Shown here: positions 48,066 through 60,900 of the stretch, piece by piece
How positions within the stretch are numbered: position 1 is the first letter of the stretch
Layout of the letters: the number at the start of each line of letters is the position of its first letter
Assembly: GCA_038496445.1 (NCBI GenBank)
Contig: JALMLS010000074.1
Span: 1 to 64,000 of the forward strand
Source: Trichosphaerium sp. ATCC 40318
Lineage: Eukaryota; Protista; Tubulinea
Length of the DNA: 64,000 nucleotides
Direction of reading: 5' to 3'
Made by a program: the position numbers and the translations under genes
Notes under the pieces: generated by a model
Told to the model about the DNA's origin: nothing
The model's input: the letters and a program-made list of their open reading frames with translations, nothing else
Database searches by the model: none

Positions 48066-50590
48066 TTACTCTTTGTTTTCTTCTTTGGCCTTTTTTGCTT
48101 CGACAATCTTATCGTACATTGTCCTCAATAGCTTATTCTTTGGATGTGCTCTGATTGCTTTTACAATAGTCTTCTTAGCATCAACTAAGTTACCCAAGTT
48201 GAACTGTGCTTGGCTCTTTCTGTACAGACCTAAAAAACAGTAAAAAAAAACATTCGCGAAAACCTCTTGTCCTGAAGCTTACCTTTCAAATTCTTTGGTT
48301 CTGTCAATAACACTTGTTCACTCGATGTTAAAGCACCTTCATTATCACCTAGAAAACAAGAGTGAGACGAGAAAAAAAACGAAAGAAGATCAAAAAAAGA
48401 AGAAGAAATACTTCATACCTGTAAGCAAACAAGCCTGAGCAATGTTATTGAAACACGATAATTTAAGGCCTCTAAGAGTATCTTTTTGAGGTTTAGTCAA
48501 GTTCCATGTCACACGTAGAAGAATAAGAGCCTAAACAGAGAATCACTTCATGAGAAATCTAGACATAAAGAAAATACTAGTACATACCTCAGAATACGAG
48601 TTCACAGCTGACTGGTAATTCTTTGTTTTAAAAAATACGTTACCCTCATCTTTAAGGTCTGAAGATCTCTCTAGCTTTTCAGACATTGATTTATACTCGC
48701 TATTCATCATAAGAACAATAGGTTCCATCTCCTCCTAACAAAGAAAAGTTAACCAAAAAAAACTAGCGAAGAAAAAGAACTCACTTTTTCTGCGATTTCT
48801 TTGGCAGATATAGGCTCTTCGTCATTAGTTTTAAAATCTACATTAGCACCAGCTTCGAGAAGGTAGCCTATTGTTTGTATTCTACCAGAAGTAACCTAAA
48901 AAAATTCCTTAAGAAAACAAGGCGCAAGAACATCTTGTAGCTTACTGCATGGAAAATAGCATAGGTGCCATCTGGCGCTTGATAATTGACTTCTGCTCCA
49001 CGATCAACAAGAAACTTACAACACTCTGTATATCCTTCCGAAGCAGCCATGAATAGAGGTGTGTAACCTTAAGACAAAGACGTGAGTTGTTTTTAATGAT
49101 AAAAAACCCTGAAAATGAAAAAAAAAAAAAAGGAGTGCTCCCACATACCACGTTTGTCCTTGCAGTTAACTTCAGCGCCTTTATTGTGAAGGAGTCTAAT
49201 GATTTGCATTAAGTTATTAGATACAGCAATATGCATTGGAGAGCATTGCATATCCTAAACTATGAGTTAGGTTTCAGAAACAAAATCTTTTTAAAAAAAA
49301 CCATACGTCGTCTTTGATGTTAGGATTTGCACCATGGCTGAGAAGCAAGTCGGCTGTTTCAGTCATACCATGCTGAACCAAAAGAAATAATGCAGTATAG
49401 CTCGTTTTATGATCAATATCAGCACCTGAAAGAAAAAGTTAATACGTGTGAACAACACGAATAGTTGTTCTGTTCGTTAAAACAAATTACCATAATCTTC
49501 GATGAGCATTCTTACAATCTCGTCTTTGTGTCTGTGACGCGACAAACAAGCTGCCGTGAGAGGCGTGTATCCCTAAATGGTATCAGAGACATCATCGTTA
49601 TTAACTAGTTAATAGACATTGCAAAAAAGAAAACATACTTGAGCATCTGAAGCATTTACAAGAGATTTAGCGCCATGATCCAAAAGAAATTTAACAACTT
49701 CAGGAGCGCATTTTCCAGCAGCCTTATGCAAAGCTGAACTCTTTTCACCGATAGTAGAGTGAATAGAAGGATCAGCGCCTATAAACATTCCATTAACAAA
49801 CACAACAAAGCTTCAATGAGAAATCAAAAAAATCAGTCCCAAAAAAAAAAAAGAACAAAGGAGTACCGAACTCTGTGATCATCCATTTCGCAAAGTCGTT
49901 CGATTTACCATCGTGTAACGCAAGCATAAGTGGTGTACCAAGTATATCATCAACTTTATTAATATCACAACCTCTTTCTATTAGATAACGGAACATCTAA
50001 GGCGTTTTAGCTGTGATGCTAAAAAAAAAAGATTTGACGGTTTTCGTTCATCGTCTCTTTGGTTTATCGTACGTTTTTATGTTTAATCTCTGCCATTGCA
50101 GCCAGATGCATAACACGCTCATCCTTTGATGGGTCTACTCCAGCTTGTTCAATAAGAAACCTTGCAATACCAAAGAATGCACGTAATACTGCATATCGAA
50201 GCGGGTTGTGCTTTCCTAGGGAGGTTTTAGTAATTTGGTAAACTGAAACATGTCACAATCAGTTAAAAAATTGTTTAACATGCGTGAGAGGTGTTAATAG
50301 TAGATTCTTAGGTGCTTCAATTGACAATAAGAGCAGTTGGAACAAAGTAGGTGGCAGGAGCTTTACGCCATATAAAGATTGGCGTAGCGAGCGTACCTGA
50401 TACGTAGTTTGGGTCAGCGCCCTTTTTTTTAATCAAATCTTCAACTACAATTTGATTTCCTAGTTGAACTGCCTACAAGGGAACATAAGGAATCAGTGAG
50501 TATAAATCTAACAATCACCTCAATAAGTTGCTCATTTTTAGTTAGCGGCTTCTTTGGTTGGTCTGATTTTTGGTTAGCTTGGCTGGCCAT
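48066..50590 (-). CDS. Ankyrin-repeat protein with C-terminal TPR domain, multi-exon
   Basis: Ankyrin motifs GTPLMLA, SALHKAA, YTPLTAA, YTPLFMAASEGYTECCKFLVDRGAEVN; TPR SDLKDEGNVFFKTKNYQSAVNSYSEAL...FNNIAQACLL...GLYRKSQAQ. Confidence 0.9.
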
Positions 50591-51542
50591 TGCGAAGGTG
50601 CGGTTATTAGCGCAAATACACAAAGAAATAAAATTTCCGTCAAATCTCGTCGTTTTTTCACTCAACTACAAGACCATACTATCGCATGGAATTGAACATA
50701 CCGGAACCAGATAAGGTGCTCGCGTGAATACAATACTTGTACTGATTTTTCTAACCGAAAACAGGCCAAACTGCCAATATTAACGGATAAGGAGTTAGCG
50801 GACCTATGTGAGCAACTCGATAAGTTAGTTGTATTAATTATTAGCGGTTGATAACGATTTTTGTAGCCAACACAATGACAAGGATAGATTGCGCTTAATT
50901 AACGCCGCTTCGAGAGCCCACAGCGTTTACTGTGTACGAATTAAATATAATTTGACATCACGCAAACAAAACACCTAAAACCAACCCTCAACGCTATTTT
51001 AATGCAATCCGAGAGTAAAATAACCGTTTTTCTTAGGAGCAAGTCGCAGAACTAATTCGTGTTCAACGTTACGGTAACGTCTCATTACGCATTAACGAGT
51101 GCTAAATCTACTATTACCTAGGTGGTTCTACAGTTGACACTGCTATCAAACTACACCCACGTCTGATGGACCCAGAGAACTTTAAAGAGTATGTTATACC
51201 TGAGTTTCAATTCCAAGAGGATAAAGATAATGTTCTAAAAGCTTTGAAGCTTTCATGAAGGCTTGAAAATCAATAAATTTTCGACTTTTTTTTTATCACG
51301 TTTTCCACGTTTTAGATACAACCAATTACGCGTTTATGACACTCAAGTTCGGTTTTGGTACTGTACATTCCTACTTTGAGGTGTTATATGAACATACACT
51401 GATTAGAAACGGTGAATTGTTAAAATGGTGTTTAAAATATGTTCACTACGTGTTATAGGATTATTTGACGCAGTCTTAAGGCTTTCTTCTTTTTATAAAC
51501 GGAAAGTTCCTTTTGTAGTCAAACAAACACAAAACACTAACA

Positions 51543-52642
51543 ATGCGTGCAACAACTGTTGTTTTGGTTTTACTATGCATTACTGTATGCATAAGCGCAC
51601 GCCCTTGGAAAAAATACTCCTACGGCCAAAAACGTCTAAGCGCCTGCGCTCGCTACCTCAAATCAAGAATTAAGACATGGGCAGTTGCTGCAATTACAAG
51701 GGACAACACAAACTTGGTGGCTTCATCCCGCTTTGCGAAGCTAGAGACTAGTATAACTATCAACAAGTGTACACTAGATTCCGAATACAAAATCGAAGTA
51801 GAAGGCGTGTATAGACAATACACCGATTACACCAAGACTTGCCAAAAGAATGCAGGCTTCGAAGCAACGCTACAAGGTTCAAAAGGCGACAGGGGTCTTA
51901 TTGCACTAGTCAATGGTGGAACTATTGAAAAAAGCTCTCTGGGCTATACAGATGCTGCCGAAGAATGTCGTAGAGATGCTGCCAGCCAGCAAACCCGCTT
52001 TAACAATCGTACGCAGCTACACCGGTCTTTTTATGTTTTTTTTTTAAAGAACTACTTTTCCAACAAAATAGTACTAAGTCCAAAGCCCTTAGTGATAGCA
52101 CAAAGCGATAGAGCAATCGCTGCTAACCCTCGCACTTATACTTCACGTGTCAGTCGTAAGATTCAAAATAGACCACAGTATACAGGTACATACTTGTTTT
52201 AACAGAAAGTGCTAAAAGCACGATACAATAATTTTTGGATTGTGTTTTGTGAGGTTTCCTCATTTAATATGTAGCTTCCACATCTTCCTCATCTTTTGAA
52301 GATCAGTACTGTAGTATTCAATGGAACGCAAACGATATAAACAGGATTATAAGAGTGGCATCCAATTACGTGAGGGGAACTCTTGATAGAAGAAATTATG
52401 TTGGTGCAGGTGGTAGCCAACACAGACAGCCTACACGTGCCAATCAACTCGCTTGTAAAGTGGCTTATGGAAAAATTGCTAGAGTGACTCTTCGCACTTA
52501 CGGTCTTTGTAATAACTATAGATACAAAACTCCTGACAAAGCTTTGCAAAAAGTGTGTAAGGTACAAGTAAATACTAACACTTGGGCTGTTAGTGGACAT
52601 TGTTACGCTGTTACACCTCAAAAGGTGTCCTGCAGTGCTTAA
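51543..52642 (+). CDS. Secreted basic Cys-containing hypothetical protein, 3 exons
   Basis: Signal MRATTVVLVLLCITVCISA; ORFs 51543.. and 52355..52642 are joined by short GT-AG introns; ends ...PQKVSCSA*. Confidence 0.7.
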
Positions 52643-53309
52643 TTGCATAAAGTAACCTCTAATAAACACATACTCGTTTATCGAAGTCAAGGCTTTGTCT
52701 GGAACCCTTTAGCTTTCTGTACTACGTTGTAAGAACGGCAGGGTGCATAAATTTTGACCTATTGGTTGTTTACTTATGACGTCATAAGATTTTGCCCAGG
52801 CAACGTGCCAACTGTTTTATTTGTTTCACATTTTAGCCCAGTTTGCTGCTAGCTAAAGGCCCTGAATACAGTAGACCGTCCATAATTTGTTGCGTTTCCT
52901 CCACAGTTGGTAAGCGTGTTTGCAGTTTTTTTTGGAGGTATTAATAGTAAACTAGTTTAAAGTCACAAGCGGTTTACGGAGTAAACTCCGCTGGTTATAA
53001 ACCGTTTTTTTTTGAAGGTTTTCAATTCTTTCAATTAGAGTTTGAAAGGGCTTGGCGTCATGGTAGCACGTGTTCGTGATTTATGTTTTAAATAGTATGG
53101 ACTTTATTTTCTGACATATTTTGAAACCCGACGATATTACGACAAGACTGAAATAGAATGGAAATTAAAACCCATTGTTATTGATTGTATTTATTGTTGT
53201 ACGTATATTTTCTGTACAAATGTATGTACCATTGCGAAACGAAGTATTATTTTGAATTAAACTCAATGTAATTTTTAGTTTAAAGTTGTTACGAAACAGG
53301 AAGCAACAC

Positions 53310-55386
53310 ATGCGTCCTTATGATACTACAAAAGAGTGGGAATCGTTCGAGAGCTATGCTATTGCCCAATACCCAGACCTGGCGTCTATGAAGGAAAGCA
53401 TGCTGGTGACAGGTACGTAGATAACCTTCAGACTACAAGAGCGAACTAGTGTCATTTATCGGCTAATGTTGTCGATGTTTAGATTTTCGGCTACCTGACA
53501 ACCCGATCGTTTATTCAAACCGTGAGTATTCTCTAGGCTTTTAATTACGTGCCATCACGTGATATTAATGATCTAAATCGTCAGCTAATATATTCTAATT
53601 ACAATTAGCGGCATTCGAAAAACTCACGTTGTATACTAATGAAGAGATTGTTGGGAAGAATTGTAGGTTCTTACAAGGTCCAAGTACAAATGATAAAGAT
53701 GTACAGAAGATAAGAGATGCGCTTGTTACAGGAGAAAGAATAACAGTGGTACGTGTTTATTTGATAATCATTATTAACTAGACGAACAAGTTTCAAAATT
53801 CTCTAATTGTGTTCTTTTTTTTTGAAGGAGTTGTTGAATTACAGGAAGGATGGCGTACCTTTCTGGAATAAGTTTGAGATGATGGGTATCCGAGCTGATC
53901 CGGAGGATGATACAACAATCACTCATTTTGTTGGAATACAGCTAGATATTACTCTTGTAAAGCAAACTATAAACAAACCAAAGCTGTGGTCAACTGAAGA
54001 TGTTGCAATGTGGGTTGGTGCTAGAGATCCGGGGATGTACTCTCCGACTTTTCTGGGTGCTAACATTAACGGTCGTACTCTTTGTAAAATGAGTACGTTG
54101 TTATATCAAAACAACCTTGCCGGAGTAACACGACAGTCAAATCACTTGTTTTTTCTTTTTGCTACAACCAAATTTTCTTACGACATTAATGAAGGGGCTG
54201 ACAACATTTAGGAAAAAAGGAGCTTCGAAAACGTGTTGGTATGGACAAACAATCAGCAAAGGTTATGGAAGTACACATTAAGAATCTAAAAAAGCAGCCA
54301 AGTAAGACTTTAAATGCAAGAGCCTGCTCAAGCCGTTTAATGTTAACAACAAAATCTGATGCTTCTTTTTTTAGACAAGAGGAAAACACCACGGAGTTTA
54401 TGTACACTTTTCGAAAAAACAAGAAAATGAGAAGCTTATATTTCCTTCTAGCTCGTTTTGTTGTTAAAGTACACTATGGAGAAGATACAATGATGGTATA
54501 TATTCTTGGTACTGATACAAGAGAAACAATGCTTACGAGGTATAAAGCTCAATGTGCTTTCTTCTTTTTTTTTTTCTTGCTCTTATTGATGTTTTTAGAG
54601 CTGTCACGTTCTTTCCTGAACAAGAACAACTTGATCCTATCGAACTTAGTCTAGTAGCCGATTCAATGTCAGGTGCTGTTTTCAATGCCGACGATCAAAA
54701 AGAATTTGGACTCGTGTTGTACGTTGGAGCTCTGTTGCTTGTTTCCGATTTATTTATTGGTTTTTTTTTAGAGGTCACTTGAAAGCTGGTAAAGTTTTTG
54801 AGTTCCGTATAAGCGCCGTTTCGGATCAGTTTATGTTAACAGAGCAGAGTAACTCAGATGTGGCGATATGTCTAATCTCTCGCGCAGGATTAATTGTCTA
54901 CACTAATGAAACTCTTAAAAAACTTGTCGAGTAAGTCTTCACCCCTAACTTGCTGTTATTATATAGTAACACGTAATTCAAGCCGTCAATTGATTGGGCG
55001 TCCCTTTAATAAGCTTGCGAACATGACACTGTGCACTGACATGAAGAGCGAAGGTGAGTTGTACATGTACAAGATAAGATGTTTGCACGTGTCTCACTTC
55101 TTTTTAGAGCAACTCTGTCAGCTGAAAACATCTACAACATTTCGTCCGTATGTTGTTGCGACTTGTTCTTGGATAAAAAAGAGGAACATGTATTTATGGA
55201 CAGCACACTTGGCTGATTCAGATCCAAAACGAACAACTTCAAGCAGGAAACTTAAACGAGAAAGACGTACCAAAGATAAATATACATCTACCTCAAAATC
55301 TAGTTCACGTGCGTACTGTTTAACTTGAAGAGAGTACGAACAAGCTGATAATTATTACATAGGTCATCGTCGTCATCGAGACTAAA
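53310..55386 (+). CDS. LOV-domain blue-light photoreceptor with SAM, PB1-like and PAS domains; about 11 exons, 3' end approximate
   Basis: Spliced LOV: SMLVTD|FRLPDNPIVYSN|PAFEKLTLYTNEEIVGKNCRFLQGPSTN...|ELLNYRKDGVPFWN...HFVGIQLDIT. SAM: KLWSTEDVAMWV...YSPTFLGANINGRTLCKM|RKKELRKRVGM. PB1-like: FVVKVHYGEDTMMVYI...NADDQKEFGLVL. PAS: DVAICLISRAGLIVYTNETLKKLVDRQLIGRPFNKL. Confidence 0.9.
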
Positions 55387-55821
55387 CTGGTTCAGCTTTA
55401 TTGTCTAAAAAAAAACTTGTAAATAAACATTGTAAACTGAAGCATTCACGTGATAAAACGTTTCTGGGCGAGAGAAACATGCTGAAAAACGGTTAAATCA
55501 GAGAAGGGTATTTGCTTTAGAGGGGGGGTACTCTGTACGCTTTGTAACGGTGGGCTGGGACTATCCAGCTAGTTTCGAATTATTTTACCTTCATTCATGT
55601 CATACTGCATTGCTCCAACACCTATTGGTATGCAAGCTCTGACGTGTATACGATTGCAAAAGCGCAACCGGATAAATACTTCAACTAAGAAAATTACGAA
55701 ATTATTATGAAAGAAGATCACGAGAAACGTAATTTGAGAAAGAATGCTGAGGCATTCATTGAATCATTCAAAGCTATTACTCAGTTTAAGACCCTTAACA
55801 AGTATTCATAAACCCAAAACA

Positions 55822-56313
55822 ATGGTGCGTATTACTACTAGTCTACTCAACAAAAAAGTCGTTAACTGTACCCGCAGGTAAACCATCCAAAGCAAAAAAG
55901 ACTATACTGTCAGAAAAAGTGTAAAAAACATACCGTCCATAAGGTATCTGTCTACAAGGGTAGGAAAGCAAGACCAAAAGCTCAAGGTACAAATTCCACA
56001 CTCTGAGGTTTCTAGATCTGATATTCTTTGTACAGGCGAGCGCAGATACAAGAAGAAAAAGTCTGGATACGGCGGAAGATGTAAACCAAAGCAAGCTGCG
56101 AACAAAAAAGCTAAAGTTAACAAGTTGGTTCTTCTAAACTACGAGTGTTCAGAATGCAAGTGTATCCACAAGCAAAGACTACCAAGGTACTTGCTAATGA
56201 ATTAAATACCGGAACCATTGCCTCTTGTCGCTTTGACCTGACTCCTTTCTAGATGTAACAAGTTCGAGCTTGGTGGTACTAAGCGCCAAAAGAACCAAGT
56301 GGTGCAGTTCTGA
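55822..56313 (+). CDS. RPL36A: 60S ribosomal protein eL42 (L36a/L44), divergent, 4 exons
   Basis: M|VNHPKQKRLYCQKKCKKHTVHKVSVYKGRKARPKAQ|GERRYKKKKSGYGGRCKP...KKAK...ECSECK...R|CNKFELGG...QF*; ATG-only first exon; both zinc-ribbon Cys pairs present. Missed by the ORF track. Confidence 0.95.
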
Positions 56314-56690
56314 GACACAATCTCCCTCATGTTTGTTGTGCACGCACTGTCGCAATATTACAGACTAAATTACGCTACCTTCTGGTCCCAATAAAGTAGG
56401 TGGCTTCGTTCCAAAACGCGAAGAGTTTTTTCTGATTTTTTTATCGCAAAGAAATCGCGTTTTATTTAACTTATTAAACGTTTAAACACTTTGCTACTCT
56501 TGCATGTTGACTAAAAATAATAAACTACATGTCAACAATTATTGCAGTTACATTCGCCATAGTGTATCACAGTGTGTATGCCTTGACTTCACACTGGTGT
56601 GGTTAGTACTTAATCTAGTTACCTCACTTTCTACTTTTTTTGTTATTTTCAAATCACGTGTTTGGAAGTTCCGGTAATTATTGACAAGCT

Positions 56691-59383
56691 ATGACTTTTT
56701 CTGTTTGGCCCGTGCCTATGTCAATATCTCCTGGCCATCTCGTAATTATTTTACTGCTTTTTGGCGTAAATCACTATGTTTACGCTAATATTACGCCATA
56801 CTTCGCCGCACGCAGTTCAGGTTCAAGTTTAATATCTTTTTTCGATATAGACGAAAGCGTATATCCTCCACAAGTCTATTGGAACCAACAATACCGTATG
56901 TTACGCCCGTAGAATTGCAATTTTCATTTTGTAAAACCAAATTACCAGTATACCTTTTTTCTCCGTTTTGTCATAATATTCCTCGCGTGGCGTGCAGTAT
57001 TGCGCTTGTGATTTTAAATAGGAGTGGTTAGCCATTTTAATGCTATGTTAAGGGGATCCAAACCAAGACCAAACAATAGATGAAGTCTGGAGCGTTCCTT
57101 CGGATAATTCAGAAGAGGCAACATTACTTTATAGCTTTAGAACACAAGGTGACGTAGAAGAGAGCGTATCATCTTTCTGTGCTACACGCGGTGGTGTTTT
57201 TGTTCTTTATAAGCCAGGTATAATGGGTAGCGAGGCACGTGACTCTAAGAAAGGAAGGTTGAGTCAAATCTTGATGGCCAACTTTTCTTTCCTTTTTTAT
57301 ATGCACATTTAACTTACCCTTTTGAACAGTTGTGGCATGTTACCGAGAGTGGTGGCGCTACTTTGGTAGATGCCACTTACCGTCCCTCAAATGCTTATGC
57401 TTTTTCACCTTTATCTGATACTGTAGTATTCGTTGCGTTTCAAATGACGATGGACTCTTATTTTCTTTTGCAATCAGATTTTCCACCAACTGGAACTATG
57501 CAAGTCTTAAAACAACTTACTAGCCGGACAGACGAGAGCGATCAGAAACGTGTCAATGTAGGTGACAACACAGCTGGTACGTAGCAGTATATTTTCCACT
57601 TTTATCCAAAAAAATATCACGTGATTTTTACCAACATTGCACGTGCGTTAGAACTGTTTTCAAAAGAGGTTTTTTGAAGAGAACTTAATTAAAAAATCTT
57701 ACTTAGGATTCACATACTTTCCTTTGGATCACATTGCGAAAACAGAGAATTAGTAAGTGCTCTGGAGATTATATTCTATTTTAACTCTTATTATTTAATA
57801 GCTATTTTGTATTTGGTTTCAATATGGTTTCCGATGAAACAATGGCTGATAACCAAGTTGTTTTTGGAAGATGGGATGATACTTCTAATGTTCAATTTTG
57901 TGATATTTTTGATGATAAGTTTGTTGACGGTTTTGCTGTTGATGCAGATAACGATATTGTTGTTGTTACTGCGTTTAGCAAAGATGATTTAATACCTTAC
58001 TTATTAATGATTGCAAACGGTAATTGTCACGTGGTACAAAAGTATGATGTGGGTCACATGCAACCGCTTGTAACAACAGTAAAACAAAAACCAAACGGCA
58101 ATATCGAAATTGTTGCTGCTGTTCGTGATGATGATCTTAAGAATCAAACTCTTGTTCTATACGTACTAGACGAATCAGGTAATGAAGTAAGACCAGAAGA
58201 AGTAATATTCGCAGTTGAGGAAGAATACGACATTTACGAGCTTGGAGTGCGTTGAAGCGATTCTGACTTGTTTTTAACATTTTTTTCTCCTACAGAGCTT
58301 CGAAGATTACTGGCTTGTTGCATACCGTGAGGTTGTTGGTAGACAACATCTTGTTATATCTATCAAAGGAGACGGATCAATAACAAACATCACATCCGTA
58401 GAGCTATTCCCAACCTTCTTTTTTGATCCATTAATTTCAATTGAAATACGAAACGACTTTTTTACTTTTAGCTTTGTATCAATGACACAAGCAGGCACGT
58501 GCCTTCAATAATTTCTTACATACAATAACTTACTATTAATATAGAGGTTATTGGTGGTTACAGTATCGATAGTGTAATGCCTATTGATAGTACACCATTC
58601 GAAGGCGAACCATTAATTCCTTCAGTTCGTATTGCTTCAGGAAGAAATATTTTTGCTTTACTTGGTTCTGCTGGTCAGAGTGATGTCTATCAGCAGAATA
58701 TATTCGGGTATAATGCTTCTCAAATTGTGGTTCCAACTTCAGCGCCAACGACTTCAGTTCCACCTACATCAACACCAACAGCTTCAACTCCACCACCATC
58801 AAATCCACCAACCAGTGCGCCTCCTTCTATGGCATCCACAACGCAATCTCCAAGCCGTTCTGTACGTTATTTTTTATCAAAGCAACGAAAGTTGCTTTTG
58901 CAGTTGAACGTTTTCTCAGTTTCTTATGTAGCCTTTTTCTGTATTGTGTGATGGAGGATCTATTACTAGTGATGACTGCGCGTACGCCTATTCAAGCTTG
59001 TTTCTTTTTCTTATGGGTGAAGCGTTACAAGCCTTTCTAATTTTTTTACAATAGATGCACAACAGATGTTTGTCAGTGCTATAATCCTAATGGAGATTGT
59101 GACTGTAGATCTTCAACACACTGTTCCGGATCGACCTCACAGAATGCTTATGGCGGATCGAACGGTATTTTCGCTGCGTCATGGGTAAATAACGGAGAGG
59201 TAGGTCAACTTGAAAAACCAGAAACTAAACTGATTTTTTATTTAGGTTTTTTGTGGTAGTGTAGAATCTTGTATTTGCTCTCCTATGGACTTTTCGAGTA
59301 CCCAAGGGAGATGCCATAGGCAACAAGCAAGATATTTTTTGTGTTGGGCGCCTGATCCGGAACGTCAGTGCATCGAAGGATAA
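56691..59383 (+). CDS. Secreted multi-exon protein: beta-rich (propeller-like) body, Pro/Thr/Ser stalk, C-terminal Cys-rich module
   Basis: Hydrophobic N-terminus (HLVIILLLFGVNHYVYA); acidic beta-rich exons; stalk VPTSAPTTSVPPTSTPTASTPPP; final exons CTTDVCQCYNPNGDCDCRSSTHC...CICSP...CWAPDPERQCIEG*. Confidence 0.7.
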
Positions 59384-59808
59384 GAAAAAAAAAGACCATA
59401 AAGGTAGAAGGAAAAAAAAAAAGAATAAAGTTGTAATTGAGATCCAAAAGTTCTTATATTTGGAGGTTACGGAGTTCTTAAAGTATAAGAATAATACAGC
59501 GCAATGGAGCCATTGGTTACCCTACCCTGTTAAAAAAAAAACCTGTTCATCGTATTTCGGTGAAGGCTTCATGATGGTCTCCAATAAGTTGATCCAAGTA
59601 AAGGATAGTAAGCTGTGCGAGGCGTATGTTGTGTATCTGAAGTTGTACAAATAGCTCGCCTGTACCAGGCTCTATTTAGAACTTTTGCGGCAATGCATGC
59701 AAGTTACAGAATTTATTACATAAAGCAGTTGCAATGAGGAAAGAACAACATATTCTAGCGAAGGAAAATGAAAACACTGAGTATGTATAAATCATCCAAG
59801 ACAATTTA

Positions 59809-60900
59809 TCAGAACAATGCGATAAAGCAGTTGACAGCTAGCAAGAGAATGATAGACAACCTCCACTTAGATGCTACACTACACTCAATGCGGTTGCTGT
59901 CATCTCCAATTTCACCAAACCGTAGCAATAGGGCTGTTCTTCCAAAATTGGTTTTGTACAACTCTACATGGAGGTGTGATTACGAGCGGATTTACTTCAA
60001 CGCAACTTGAGCTATAAGATGTGACGGTTTCTGTCTAGACAGAAACAAAGTCAGCCTATAAATCCAAACACGTGGATGAAAAACAAACATCTTGTTTCGT
60101 ACATCTTTAGTAGCTTCAATTGTAAGATTCCAAGCAATTACTTATATTTAAAGCGATCTCACCTTGTCCGAAACATAGTAGCCTCTTCAGGAAGCTCAAG
60201 GTTTCCTAAAAATGAAACAAAAGGTGTAAGTAATATCACTTTTTAGTGTAGGTTCATGCCTTCAATATCCACATTGTCAAGTAATTCTAACTTCCTATCT
60301 TTATCCTTTACAGTGGCATTCCATACATTTGATATAGGTGACCTAAAAGGTTGGGGAGGGAAAGGTGTAGAATTTGGTGCTATGGTCGTTGGAGCTGTTG
60401 TTTTAGGAGATGGTGGCGTTATATCAAATTCACAAACTGGAAAAAGTGAATTGTTATCGAATACTTGAGCATTTGAAACTGAACCACCTTGTTTCTTTTG
60501 TGCTACAAATAAATAATGAGGTCAAACGGATACTGTGACAAAAAACCCATACCCAAGTCCGTTGTTAATGAACACGCATTTGTCTGAGGCTTTTGGATAA
60601 TCGCTAAACCAAGGGTCTATGCCCAAGTCAGATGAGTACACCCAAGGTCTTCGAGGTGAAGGGCTTGTTTGCTACAATAAACATGAGAGAAGTGGAATTG
60701 AACTACGAAAAGAAAAAAAAGAGATTAAGAAACTGGAAATGTCACTTTCTCTACAGAACAGTCATTCCAAAAAAACTGTACTTCGCGTACCCAAGAGAAG
60801 TCTGATTAATTAGATCTACCAAAGGAAGAAAACCCAATAACATAGTTGGTATTGTTTGGAAGGAAAGATAGCAAATGTTGCTCTTAGAAAAGAAAATTGA
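59809..60900 (-). CDS. GPI-type surface protein with possible C-type-lectin-like domain and Pro/Thr stalk; 5' part unresolved or degenerate
   Basis: PWFSDYPKASDKCVFINNG...FPVCEF, stalk TPPSPKTTAPTTIAPNSTP, C-terminus ASKWRLSIILLLAVNCFIALF*; upstream exons do not join cleanly in frame. Confidence 0.5.

Noticed and set aside
55843-56123. Minus-strand ORFs with hydrophobic starts
   Set aside because: Antisense to the eL42 exons.
39267-56313. Treating pseudo-eIF4A, divergent eL42, divergent Ras and the LOV protein as one co-regulated system
   Set aside because: They are interspersed with unrelated housekeeping genes, and proximity alone in a eukaryotic genome is not evidence; co-expression data would be needed.
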